A DNA stretch of 27,609 nucleotides from a virus. Taxonomy: Duplodnaviria > Caudoviricetes. The position numbers and the translations under genes were made by a program. A model generated the notes under the pieces. It was not told the DNA's origin and searched no databases. It saw only the letters and a program-made list of their open reading frames with translations. The stretch spans positions 1 through 27,609 of the IMG/VR virus record IMGVR_UViG_3300037422_000064; one strand, written 5' to 3'. Positions within the stretch are counted from its first letter, which is position 1; the number at the start of each line of letters is the position of its first letter. Shown piece by piece: positions 15,628 to 23,434 of this stretch.

Positions 15628-16799
15628 CGCTTGCTTCCTCCGGTGTGTGTTTGGGCGAGGTTCTTTTCGAACCGCGCCATTTCTTTGACCAGATCGCCGC
15701 TGTGATCCTCTGGCGTCAAGACGCCGGCGATCGCGGTGCTGGCCTGCTGGAGCGCTTTCATGACGTTTAGCAGGCGCTCCCTGCTGTCCTGGGCGATAGA
15801 TCGCCCGTCTTTCGCGCGGAGGTCAGCAAGCGACTTCGCACGCTCTGCGAGATGCCCGACGGCTTCAAGCGCCGCGTCAGCCTCATCGCAAAATCTTTTC
15901 CCCTTGGCCGCGTTCGTGGTCTGCATGACCATTTCTTCTTCTTGCGCCGGTGGGGTCGCTTCTTTCAACGGCGGCGGCTCAACGCCCGCGTCGCGCAGGT
16001 GCTTAGCCAGGTGATTGTAGACGCCGGACCTGTCGGCATCGGGAATGTCTGCCCCGCCTCGGCCGCCGTTCAAGACGGCGATGCCGGCGATGAGGCCGCG
16101 CACGTTGGCCGCGCCCGGGTCGCCGTTGGCCGAGACTTCGTGGTGCGGGAATTTGTACGAGCTCTTGGCCCCGGAGTCGCCTTGCGGGTTCTTCCAGGCA
16201 AAGACATGGGCATAGTAAGCCTCGTTTTCTTCCTCGCGGGCCCGGCGCACATTCTCTGGGCCGTCCCATGGCCGGTCGACCGTGGGCGTGTCGTGGGCCG
16301 GCAGGGCGGTTTTGAGGCCCTTGGCGTAGAGCGTCCCGGTGTTCTGGCCCGCGCCAACGAGCACGGGGGAGACTTCGTGGACCTCGAGGCCCGGCCGGCC
16401 GTCGGTCAGGCCGCGCAGGAAGCGAACGCGGCGGCCGTCCATTTCCCCGTCGCCGACGCCGCCCTCACGGATGTTGAAGCCGTAGGACCATTCTTGCAGG
16501 GGCTTGCCTTTCTCGAGGTCAAACTTCAAGGCCGTGAACCATTCCTGCCCCGAGGCGATGCCCATGTTCATCTGGATTTCTGCGATGGCCTGGTTGCCTT
16601 CCTCGCGGATGACGCCTTTACCGATCGGGATATGGCTCCAATCGTGGGCCGGGACGACGACGACTTCCTGCTCGCCGAAGGCTCCGGGGAGAGTGACGTC
16701 GCCGTCTTTGTCTATCACGTTCAGGGTGGCGATGACTGCGCGGATGACGCCGGAGTCCTTGAGTTCTTTGATTTCAATTGTCTTGCGGTACTTTTTCAT
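15624..16799 (-). CDS. HK97-family prohead protease with extra C-terminal domains
   Basis: Start reassigned to ATG 16799 (TAATG overlap). IDKDGDVTLPGAF, HDW..PIGKG, WSYGF and EVSPVLVGA match Peptidase S78-type motifs. Confidence 0.9.
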   Translation of the reverse strand: MKKYRKTIEIKELKDSGVIRAVIATLNVIDKDGDVTLPGAFGEQEVVVVPAHDWSHIPIGKGVIREEGNQAIAEIQMNMGIASGQEWFTALKFDLEKGKPLQEWSYGFNIREGGVGDGEMDGRRVRFLRGLTDGRPGLEVHEVSPVLVGAGQNTGTLYAKGLKTALPAHDTPTVDRPWDGPENVRRAREEENEAYYAHVFAWKNPQGDSGAKSSYKFPHHEVSANGDPGAANVRGLIAGIAVLNGGRGGADIPDADRSGVYNHLAKHLRDAGVEPPPLKEATPPAQEEEMVMQTTNAAKGKRFCDEADAALEAVGHLAERAKSLADLRAKDGRSIAQDSRERLLNVMKALQQASTAIAGVLTPEDHSGDLVKEMARFEKNLAQTHTGGSKR

Positions 16800-18835
16800 T
16801 ACGCCTCCCTTCCGGTAAAAACAGGCACAATATCCCGAGTGCCGTTGGGGTGTTCTTCGGCGAGAGATTGCCGGGCTTCCGCGATCGTGACCACGGCGCC
16901 GTTTATCTCCATGCATTCCTCGTCTGTTTCCCCGAGGCGGGCATCCAGAATCATGACCATCTCGCCGGCGCCCTCGAGCGCGGCGTATGCCCGGAGGGCT
17001 GATTCCGTCTGCGCGAAGCGGGTTTCGGTCCTGGCGATAACGTCTGCGCGAATCTTGGAGCTTGACCAGGGCCCCGCCGGGATCGCGTCGCGTAGCCTGC
17101 GGGCTACTTCAGGCACGCCCAGGTCTTCCTCGCGGGCGGCCCGGACGATACCCAATGCTTTCTGCGTGGCATCTTCTGTCATGCCGACGAGGCCGGCCCG
17201 CGTGCCGCCGAAAGACAATATCTCAAGCTGGACGGAGTCTGGAAGCCGCACGCCGAGGCCCAGGTTCCCCAGGCCGGACATGACTTCGTTGTGGACCGCG
17301 ACGTAGTGCGACCCGAAGATGCCGCGCAATTCGGTGCGTCGCTCGGGCACGTTGATTTGCTCGAAAAGCCTGCGGACGCGGAGCTCATCGCTGTCTTGCT
17401 TGGCGATACGAAGCCAGAGGCGCTCGACGTCTTTGCCTAGGTCGTCTAGGAATTTCTCGATCTTGCGCCTAAAGGCCGGCTCCATCTGCTTTCGGACGCG
17501 GTCCATGGTGCGGGCGATCCGGCTCTGGAGGCGCGTCATGCGCTTGTTGGCCTTGGCCCCGTCTTCAGCCGGAGGCGGCGCTTGAACGTTTTGTAGAACA
17601 GGCGGCGTCTGTTCTACTTCCTCTGCGGCGGGCCCAGTTTCAAAGGCCGAGACGGGCCGCAGGAAAATCTCATGCTCAGGCAGGACTTCGAGGCCGGCCA
17701 TCTTGCGGGCTTCCGAGACCATCATCCAGCCGCCGCTGACGGCGCGGTTGATGCGCTCGCTCTGCTTGTCGAGGTCGTCTTGCATGGCGCGGACGCTTCC
17801 GTCGTCGAATACGACTTCGCCTTCGGAGCTGAAGTCAGGGAGAAGCGATCGCGTCAGGTCGGCGGCCATGAGCGTCTGCATCGGGATGATGCCGCCGGTC
17901 CATGCCAGCCGGCGCATTTCTTCCATGGTCGCGCCGACCTTCGTCTGCTCGATGCCCGTGCCGAAGCCGACGATGGCGGCCGGGATGCCGAGAAGGGCAC
18001 AGACTCTTTCCTCGGTCAGATTACGAATACCGGACAGGTCCATCTTGTCGGGCGAGAGGCCAAACTCTTGCACGCGCGTGGCCGCGCCCAGGACCATGGG
18101 CTCGCCACGGTGGTCGCCTGTAAATTTGGTCTTGATGTAGTTCTTCGTGACCTCGACGTCTTCTGGGGAAATGGAAACGTCCTTTTCGGGGGTGATGATA
18201 AGACCGGGAATCCCGGCGTTTCTCAGCAGGCCTGCGACGTAGTTCGATGCCTCGTTGTCCATGAAAATCTCGCGCATGGCCGATCCCAAAGGCGCGAGGC
18301 CCTTGCGGACATTGCGCGGGTCGATGCCGTAGCGGAAATGGACGACGTCTTCCGGCGCCAATCGGATCATGCCTTCGGTGCCGCCAGGTCTGTACTCGTA
18401 ATAGCTGATGAAGTCGCGGCCTTCCCATTTCGGTTCGATGTGCCAGTGTGGTACATACCAAAGTTCAGAGGGCTGGCGGCGGGTGCCTTTTACTTTCAGC
18501 CAGTAGGCGTTCCCGTCAAGGCAGAATGAAAAGAGCGTGCCCATCCAGAGAGCGTCGCCGGAATAAAACGGGTTCGGATTGTTGACGAGTTTAGCGAGAG
18601 GGTGCTGTTGGTTGACGACTTCTTCGCCCTCTCGGTTGGTCTGCTTGACGGCGATCTTGGCTTCTGGAAAATTACGGGCGATCCAAAGGACGGGCGCCAT
18701 GACGACGTTGGAGCTTATGCCGTCGCCCACTTCTCGGGCGTAATCAAATTTCGTATTCGGCAAGAGAGACATAACCCACGGAATGCCGCGGCCGTGGATC
18801 ATTTCGTTGAGGGCCTTGACGATGCGCTTGATCAT
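16799..18835 (-). CDS. Portal protein (HK97 family) fused to an SPP1 gp7/Mu gpF-like minor head domain
   Basis: Start reassigned to ATG 18835 (ATGA). Portal motifs HPLAKLVNNPNP, LDGNAY, VVHFR, GLAPL and NAGIPG; C-terminal RADVIARTETRFAQ...HPNGT gpF-like segment. Confidence 0.9.
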   Translation of the reverse strand: MIKRIVKALNEMIHGRGIPWVMSLLPNTKFDYAREVGDGISSNVVMAPVLWIARNFPEAKIAVKQTNREGEEVVNQQHPLAKLVNNPNPFYSGDALWMGTLFSFCLDGNAYWLKVKGTRRQPSELWYVPHWHIEPKWEGRDFISYYEYRPGGTEGMIRLAPEDVVHFRYGIDPRNVRKGLAPLGSAMREIFMDNEASNYVAGLLRNAGIPGLIITPEKDVSISPEDVEVTKNYIKTKFTGDHRGEPMVLGAATRVQEFGLSPDKMDLSGIRNLTEERVCALLGIPAAIVGFGTGIEQTKVGATMEEMRRLAWTGGIIPMQTLMAADLTRSLLPDFSSEGEVVFDDGSVRAMQDDLDKQSERINRAVSGGWMMVSEARKMAGLEVLPEHEIFLRPVSAFETGPAAEEVEQTPPVLQNVQAPPPAEDGAKANKRMTRLQSRIARTMDRVRKQMEPAFRRKIEKFLDDLGKDVERLWLRIAKQDSDELRVRRLFEQINVPERRTELRGIFGSHYVAVHNEVMSGLGNLGLGVRLPDSVQLEILSFGGTRAGLVGMTEDATQKALGIVRAAREEDLGVPEVARRLRDAIPAGPWSSSKIRADVIARTETRFAQTESALRAYAALEGAGEMVMILDARLGETDEECMEINGAVVTIAEARQSLAEEHPNGTRDIVPVFTGREA

Positions 18836-20295
18836 GCGAGGGGCCTCCATGCCGTTGGCGATTGTAGCATACCGGAGGCGCCGAATAATACTAAGCCGAT
18901 CGCATCGGCTCGGTCGGGGCTTTTGCCGAGGCGCTTCTTCATGTCCTCTTTGCTCTCGACGCGGATGCGCCCGTCGGAGTCGATCTTGTATTTGACGCTC
19001 GAGAGCTCGGCTTGAAGGTCGGGATCCTTGGGGATGGCGACGGCATTGGGATTATCCGGGTTAAGACTCTCGCGCACAAACCACCATATCTGCGAGCGCA
19101 GATTCGTGAAACGCTCCTGATCGTCTTGCTTGCCGACTGGGCTCTCGGCCACGTTGATACCGTGGACTGGCTCGCCCTGCTCTTTGAGGCGATCAACAAC
19201 ACCGGCCCCAAGGCCGATAGCATCGACGTAAATCTTGCGGGCGCCGATCTCGCGGCGCTTGGCCTTAACCCATCCGACGGTGGCCATGGTGTCTTGGCCG
19301 TGGCGAGCCTCGAGGGGAAGGATACGCCGGCCCTTAGCCACGGCGATAACGCTGTCGTCGTCGCCGAAGCGGGCCACGTCGACGCCGATGTCGGTGGCTT
19401 TAGCTGTCTCGGGGACTTCGCGCATGGATGCCTTCTCGATCCAGTCCAGAGGGATGAGGGTGTCGGATTCCTGGTTGGGATATTCCGCGTCGAGTTTGAC
19501 TCGGCAGAAGTTCGAATCCGGGCCGTACTTGCGCCGCCATTCCCCTGCCTGCTCGGGGTGGAGCATCCCGGGGTAAACGATGCGGCCTTCAGTGAAGTTG
19601 GGCGTGTCGGTGTCGGCGATCTTTATGTTGTGCCAGAGGTGCGCCTGGTCGTGCGTGCAGTCGTAGGTGAGGCCGGCCAGGACGGCGGGGTTGTAGAGCA
19701 TTAAGATGTGCGTGTTGCCGCCGGCCATCATGTTCTCGATCTCGTCGAATAGCTCCTTATCGATGCCGTGAGCATCGTCGACGATCAAGAGGTCGTTGCG
19801 GCCGTGGATGCCGTGGACCATGTTCTTGTCTTTTGTTGAGAAGCCGAGGGCGTACCAGTTTTTCCCGAGCTTGAATTCTGTCGTTTCCATCATCTTGCCG
19901 CCGAGGGGCCGGCGGGCCTTGGCGTGCATATCACGCATCTCGCCCCAGAGGTTTGTCTCGACCTGGCGGTAAGACGGCGCCAGGGTGAAGACGCGCGATG
20001 GCTGATAGGCGAAGACCCACGCGAGGGCGGTCATGGCCGCGGCGTTGGTCTTGCTCGAGCTCACGCATCCCCTGACGGCGACGCGGCGATGCTCGAAGAC
20101 GGCGCGGGCGATATCGACCTGCTTGGTCCATGGATTCATTCCAAGGACGGAGCGCATGAAAAAATCAGGGCTCTGTCGAATCTTTAGGCGCAGGTCCTGG
20201 GCTTTGGCCGGCAGGTTTTTCTTCTGGCTCGGGATCTCCGGCGAGGAAATCTGCGAGGGTAACGTGGCCTGAGAGCTTGACTGTGGCGCGGTCAT
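18832..20295 (-). CDS. terL: Terminase large subunit
   Basis: PWTKQ Q-motif, RRVAVR..SKT Walker A-like, LLIVDDA Walker B-like; RNase H-type nuclease motifs IGVDVARFGDD, VDAIGLGAG and SPDRADA. Exact start uncertain because it overlaps TerS. Confidence 0.92.
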   Translation of the reverse strand: MTAPQSSSQATLPSQISSPEIPSQKKNLPAKAQDLRLKIRQSPDFFMRSVLGMNPWTKQVDIARAVFEHRRVAVRGCVSSSKTNAAAMTALAWVFAYQPSRVFTLAPSYRQVETNLWGEMRDMHAKARRPLGGKMMETTEFKLGKNWYALGFSTKDKNMVHGIHGRNDLLIVDDAHGIDKELFDEIENMMAGGNTHILMLYNPAVLAGLTYDCTHDQAHLWHNIKIADTDTPNFTEGRIVYPGMLHPEQAGEWRRKYGPDSNFCRVKLDAEYPNQESDTLIPLDWIEKASMREVPETAKATDIGVDVARFGDDDSVIAVAKGRRILPLEARHGQDTMATVGWVKAKRREIGARKIYVDAIGLGAGVVDRLKEQGEPVHGINVAESPVGKQDDQERFTNLRSQIWWFVRESLNPDNPNAVAIPKDPDLQAELSSVKYKIDSDGRIRVESKEDMKKRLGKSPDRADAIGLVLFGASGMLQSPTAWRPLA

Positions 20296-20605
20296 TGAAT
20301 CGCTCGGGGTTGTTTGCTTTCAGCAGAAATATTTTGAGGATTGTGTTGCCGTTGAGAGCATCTTGAATCGCGGCCGTTTCCAGGGTGTCGCAAACGTCGG
20401 CTCTGGCATCCTCGAAAAGCTGACGGAATTTCGCGTTTTTCTTCCAGCGCCTGTAGGCGATCCTGTCCACGCCTATGGCCTTGCAGGCTCCGAGCACTGT
20501 CCCCGTCTTCTTGAAGGCTTCGATAAAGGCGGCTTGCGCTATGGCCGGCCGGCGTTTGCCTTTTTGGGTGGGACTGGCTTTTGATGGTAGCTTTTCCTCG
20601 CTCAT
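20165..20605 (-). CDS. terS: Terminase small subunit
   Basis: N-terminal HTH (FIEAFKKTGTVLGACKAIGVDRIAYRRW), then LETAA...IFLLKANNPERF; directly upstream of terL. Confidence 0.85.
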   Translation of the reverse strand: MSEEKLPSKASPTQKGKRRPAIAQAAFIEAFKKTGTVLGACKAIGVDRIAYRRWKKNAKFRQLFEDARADVCDTLETAAIQDALNGNTILKIFLLKANNPERFNDRATVKLSGHVTLADFLAGDPEPEEKPAGQSPGPAPKDSTEP

Positions 20606-20671
20606 TCAAAGTTAAGGCTGGCGTCATGCCAGCCGCCTCCGGCGCAGCTGTGCCGCGACCTCGACGAGGCC

Positions 20672-20706
20672 AAAATAAAACCCGTCCAGGGTAAGGTCTG
20701 GACGGG
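20672..20706 (-). terminator. Intrinsic terminator between the early module and terS
   Basis: Minus strand: CCCGTCCAG-ACCTTACC-CTGGACGGG (9-bp stem) followed by TTTTATTTT. Confidence 0.8.
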
Positions 20707-20784
20707 CAAGGAACGCGGCGTGACGGGCGTAATCCGTCCGGCGCGAAGGGATGTTATTTCCCGATTCTGGCACGCTCCAAGTTT

Positions 20785-20813
20785 AGCATACCGCGACAGT
20801 GAAACACAAATCA
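20785..20813 (-). promoter_or_regulatory. Possible late promoter (-10 TATGCT, poor -35)
   Basis: TATGCT at 20790-20785 at the upstream end of the only large intergenic gap; -35 match is weak. Confidence 0.3.
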
Positions 20814-21221
20814 GCTTTTATGCTGAAATGTTCCGTCGTCGTTTTGTCGCCAGGATCGGGCGCGATTTATTTCCATCTTGCGTTCGATCTGTTCATGGAG
20901 GTCGATGCGGAGCTTGTCGGCAAGGCCCAAGAGAAGAACGCCGCAATCGGCGATCTCGTCGCAGACCTGTGGCCCGGGAAAATAATCCTCAACGGAAAGT
21001 GCGACGTCTAGCTCGCCTATTTCCTGCACGAGCTTCGTGCGCGTGGCCTTGATGGCTTCTGGATCGCCGGAGTTCTGTCCGAAGGCTCGCTGTTGCCAAT
21101 CACCTATTCGGCATTGCAGGCAAAACATGGAATCGCCGCAGTTGGCGCCCATCATCGCGCCAAAAATAAAACCGCAAAAAACGGCCGCGATGGCCGACAT
21201 GATGGCGAGGGCGAGCATCAT
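20811..21221 (-). CDS. MazG-superfamily dNTP pyrophosphohydrolase (DUF550/MazZ-like) with N-terminal hydrophobic helix
   Basis: Start reassigned to ATG 21221 (ATGA). Motifs W...AFG, KLVQEIGE, DEIADC..LL and KMEINRARSW...DG..H. Confidence 0.75.
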   Translation of the reverse strand: MMLALAIMSAIAAVFCGFIFGAMMGANCGDSMFCLQCRIGDWQQRAFGQNSGDPEAIKATRTKLVQEIGELDVALSVEDYFPGPQVCDEIADCGVLLLGLADKLRIDLHEQIERKMEINRARSWRQNDDGTFQHKS

Positions 21222-21589
21222 GCCTCCGGCCTCTGGGCGGCCGCGACGCCGGGCCACCAGCCCCACCTGCACATCAAGGCGATGAGGCCATAGTTGGCGA
21301 CATCACCCCAGGTGTCATCGCGCGTTTCGTCGGCCGGCTCTTGCTCGGTTCTGTGGAGGTTGGCCATGCGCTCGATCTTATCCGAGGCGCGGACCATGAC
21401 TCCCATCTCGCCGAATTTTGCGATATTGCCCGGGCCGTACTTGCCTTGCTTGTGATCGAAGACGCGGGCGGCGGTGATGGCGGCTCTCAAGAATTGAACG
21501 GTCAACGGTTCCTTGGCCCCGATTTTCAACGCGACCTGCTCTGCGATGTCTTCGTAGTCGGAGAGTTCCGGCTTCGCAAACGAGTTCAT
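21218..21589 (-). CDS. Nucleotide-modification-associated domain protein (DUF1599/Nmad1-like)
   Basis: Start reassigned to ATG 21589 (ATGA, AAGGAG RBS). K..KYG..NI..FG..G..VR..DK..R..NL...E...DT..D.ANY pattern. Confidence 0.75.
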   Translation of the reverse strand: MNSFAKPELSDYEDIAEQVALKIGAKEPLTVQFLRAAITAARVFDHKQGKYGPGNIAKFGEMGVMVRASDKIERMANLHRTEQEPADETRDDTWGDVANYGLIALMCRWGWWPGVAAAQRPEA

Positions 21590-23019
21590 GCTGTTCTCCT
21601 TTCGGCTTTCTTGCCCACGAAATTTTCCCATCTCTTGACAATAACATCGACGTAGGTCGGATCGAGTTCTGTTCCGAAGCATCGCCGGCCCATGACTTCC
21701 GCGGCGATAAGAGTCGATCCCGACCACAAAAACAAATCGGCCACTATGTCTCCGGCTTTCGTCGAGTTGGCCATGGCCCGTCGCGCGAGCTCTACCGGCT
21801 TTTGCGTCGGGTGCTTGTAGCCGTGGTCGCGGCCTATTTCCCAAACGGTAGATGCGGGATCCGGGCACTGGAGGATGGCCGGTCGGCCTTCCTCGACGCG
21901 AATGGCGCGGACGCGCTTGGTCTTGGGTGCTCGGGTTTGTAGATAAATCTCCCCGCCTTTGCCGTCGCGCAGGAGAATCCCGGTGGCGAGGGCCATAGAG
22001 ACGGCGGCCTTCGTCTGCCATGCCGCCCGCCAGATGGTGCTTTGCGTGCGGTCGCCGTAGAAGGCCGGGCTGTCGCCTTGCTTGACGGCGTAAAAGCATG
22101 GCTCGTGGGCCCAGTTGTAATCCGCGTGGCCGAGGGTGATCCCGGGCTTGGCCCAGATGATGTATTGCCTTTCGATGAGGCCGGCGGCCTTCATGGCCGC
22201 GGCGAAGTCTTCGCGCGTCGCGCTCGGATGCCAGATATAGAATGCGGCCTTTTCCGTGACGATGCGGACGGCGTTTTTAAAGGCGCCGACGAGCATAGCC
22301 ATGAGGTCATCGCCCTGCTTGGCGTCGCCCTTAATCACGTCCCATGGCTTTGTGTTTCCGGCGTAGCTCACGCCGTAAGGGGGATCGGTGAAGACGCAGG
22401 CGGCCCGTTCGCCGGCGAATAGACGGTCAACGGCGGCCGGGTCAGTAGCGTCGCCGCAAAGAACGCGGTGCTGGCCGAGGATGTAGAGATCGCCGGGCTT
22501 CGCCTCGGAGGCACCGGGCATGGATGGCGGGACTTCATCTTCGTCCTGGCGGGCATCTTTGTCGTGGCCCATCATGGTAAAGCGTTCGTCGGCCAAAAAT
22601 CCGGTAAGGTCAAGGTCAAAGTGTCCGTCGTCCAATTCCGCGATGATGCTTTTGACTGCGGCCATGTCGAAATCTCCGCGATGCTTATTGGCCGCGAGGT
22701 TGGCCGCCTTCTCTTTTCGCTCGGGCCAGTCGACTTCGCGGTAGGCGAGGCGGCCCCATGGCGTTTCGATGTAGCCTGCGGCCACCTGGCCGGTGGCGTC
22801 GGTCATCTCCTGCTTTTCTATCACCCATGCCGGCTCGAGGTTTTTAATGCGCTGATGGCCGCTGATGAGATTACCCGTTCGAACGTTAACGACGATGCCG
22901 CCGAGATCGCCGAATTCGCGCAGGGCCCGACCGAGGGCGGCGAGTTGCTCTTTACTGATCGTGCGCGGGTTGTACGCCGCGGGCTTGAGATCGCTTACGC
23001 GCTTTTTTCCGTTTGGCAT
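21586..23019 (-). CDS. ParB-like N-terminal domain plus N4/N6 DNA methyltransferase (beta class)
   Basis: LKPAAYNPRTI and ISGHQR (ParB/Srx); HRVLCGD, TDPPYG, HPTQKP and ELDP motifs. SAM-binding motif reads DLFLWSGST instead of the usual FxGSGS/T. Confidence 0.9.
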   Translation of the reverse strand: MPNGKKRVSDLKPAAYNPRTISKEQLAALGRALREFGDLGGIVVNVRTGNLISGHQRIKNLEPAWVIEKQEMTDATGQVAAGYIETPWGRLAYREVDWPERKEKAANLAANKHRGDFDMAAVKSIIAELDDGHFDLDLTGFLADERFTMMGHDKDARQDEDEVPPSMPGASEAKPGDLYILGQHRVLCGDATDPAAVDRLFAGERAACVFTDPPYGVSYAGNTKPWDVIKGDAKQGDDLMAMLVGAFKNAVRIVTEKAAFYIWHPSATREDFAAAMKAAGLIERQYIIWAKPGITLGHADYNWAHEPCFYAVKQGDSPAFYGDRTQSTIWRAAWQTKAAVSMALATGILLRDGKGGEIYLQTRAPKTKRVRAIRVEEGRPAILQCPDPASTVWEIGRDHGYKHPTQKPVELARRAMANSTKAGDIVADLFLWSGSTLIAAEVMGRRCFGTELDPTYVDVIVKRWENFVGKKAERRTA

Positions 23020-23399
23020 GGTTCAATGGTTACGATCGCTCCTGGTTTTACTTTGTCAGAGGCATAGATTTTTTGAACGTTCAATTTCACAATGATTGCA
23101 TCGTCGTCCCACCATCCTGCCGAGGTCATTGCATCCATGACGGCCTTGGCAACGTTGTCGACGTCTGGCTTCGTCGTCTTCCAGTGGGCCCAGGCCGGTT
23201 TTGATTTCGGCCGGGAGAAAAATAAAACAACGTCCATCTCTAACGGCGTGTCTTCAAAGCGAGGCTTGGGCTTGTGGGCTTTCGCAGCCATGAAGACAGC
23301 TTTCCAGAAGGCGGTCTTGGGGCTGTAGAAATGGCCCATGCCCCATCGCGGTCGCGGCTGTGCTTCGGGCTCACCGAAGACGCGCAGTTCAATCGGCAT
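22995..23399 (-). CDS. rusA: RusA-family Holliday junction resolvase
   Basis: GEPEAQPRPR, KPDVDNVAKAVMDAM and WDDDAIIVKL..KIY motifs. Confidence 0.92.
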   Translation of the reverse strand: MPIELRVFGEPEAQPRPRWGMGHFYSPKTAFWKAVFMAAKAHKPKPRFEDTPLEMDVVLFFSRPKSKPAWAHWKTTKPDVDNVAKAVMDAMTSAGWWDDDAIIVKLNVQKIYASDKVKPGAIVTIEPCQTEKSA

Positions 23400-23434
23400 A
23401 GGGCAGGCCTTCCGGCTCGCAGTGGATGGTGAAG

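Noticed and set aside
14278-17306. 475-aa and 484-aa plus-strand ORFs
   Set aside because: Antisense to capsid, protease and portal. Long shadow ORFs are expected at this GC content and codon bias, and they show no recognisable domains.
20811-21221. 2-aminoadenine (Z-genome) system
   Set aside because: A DUF550/MazZ-like gene alone is insufficient; no purZ or datZ is recognisable here.
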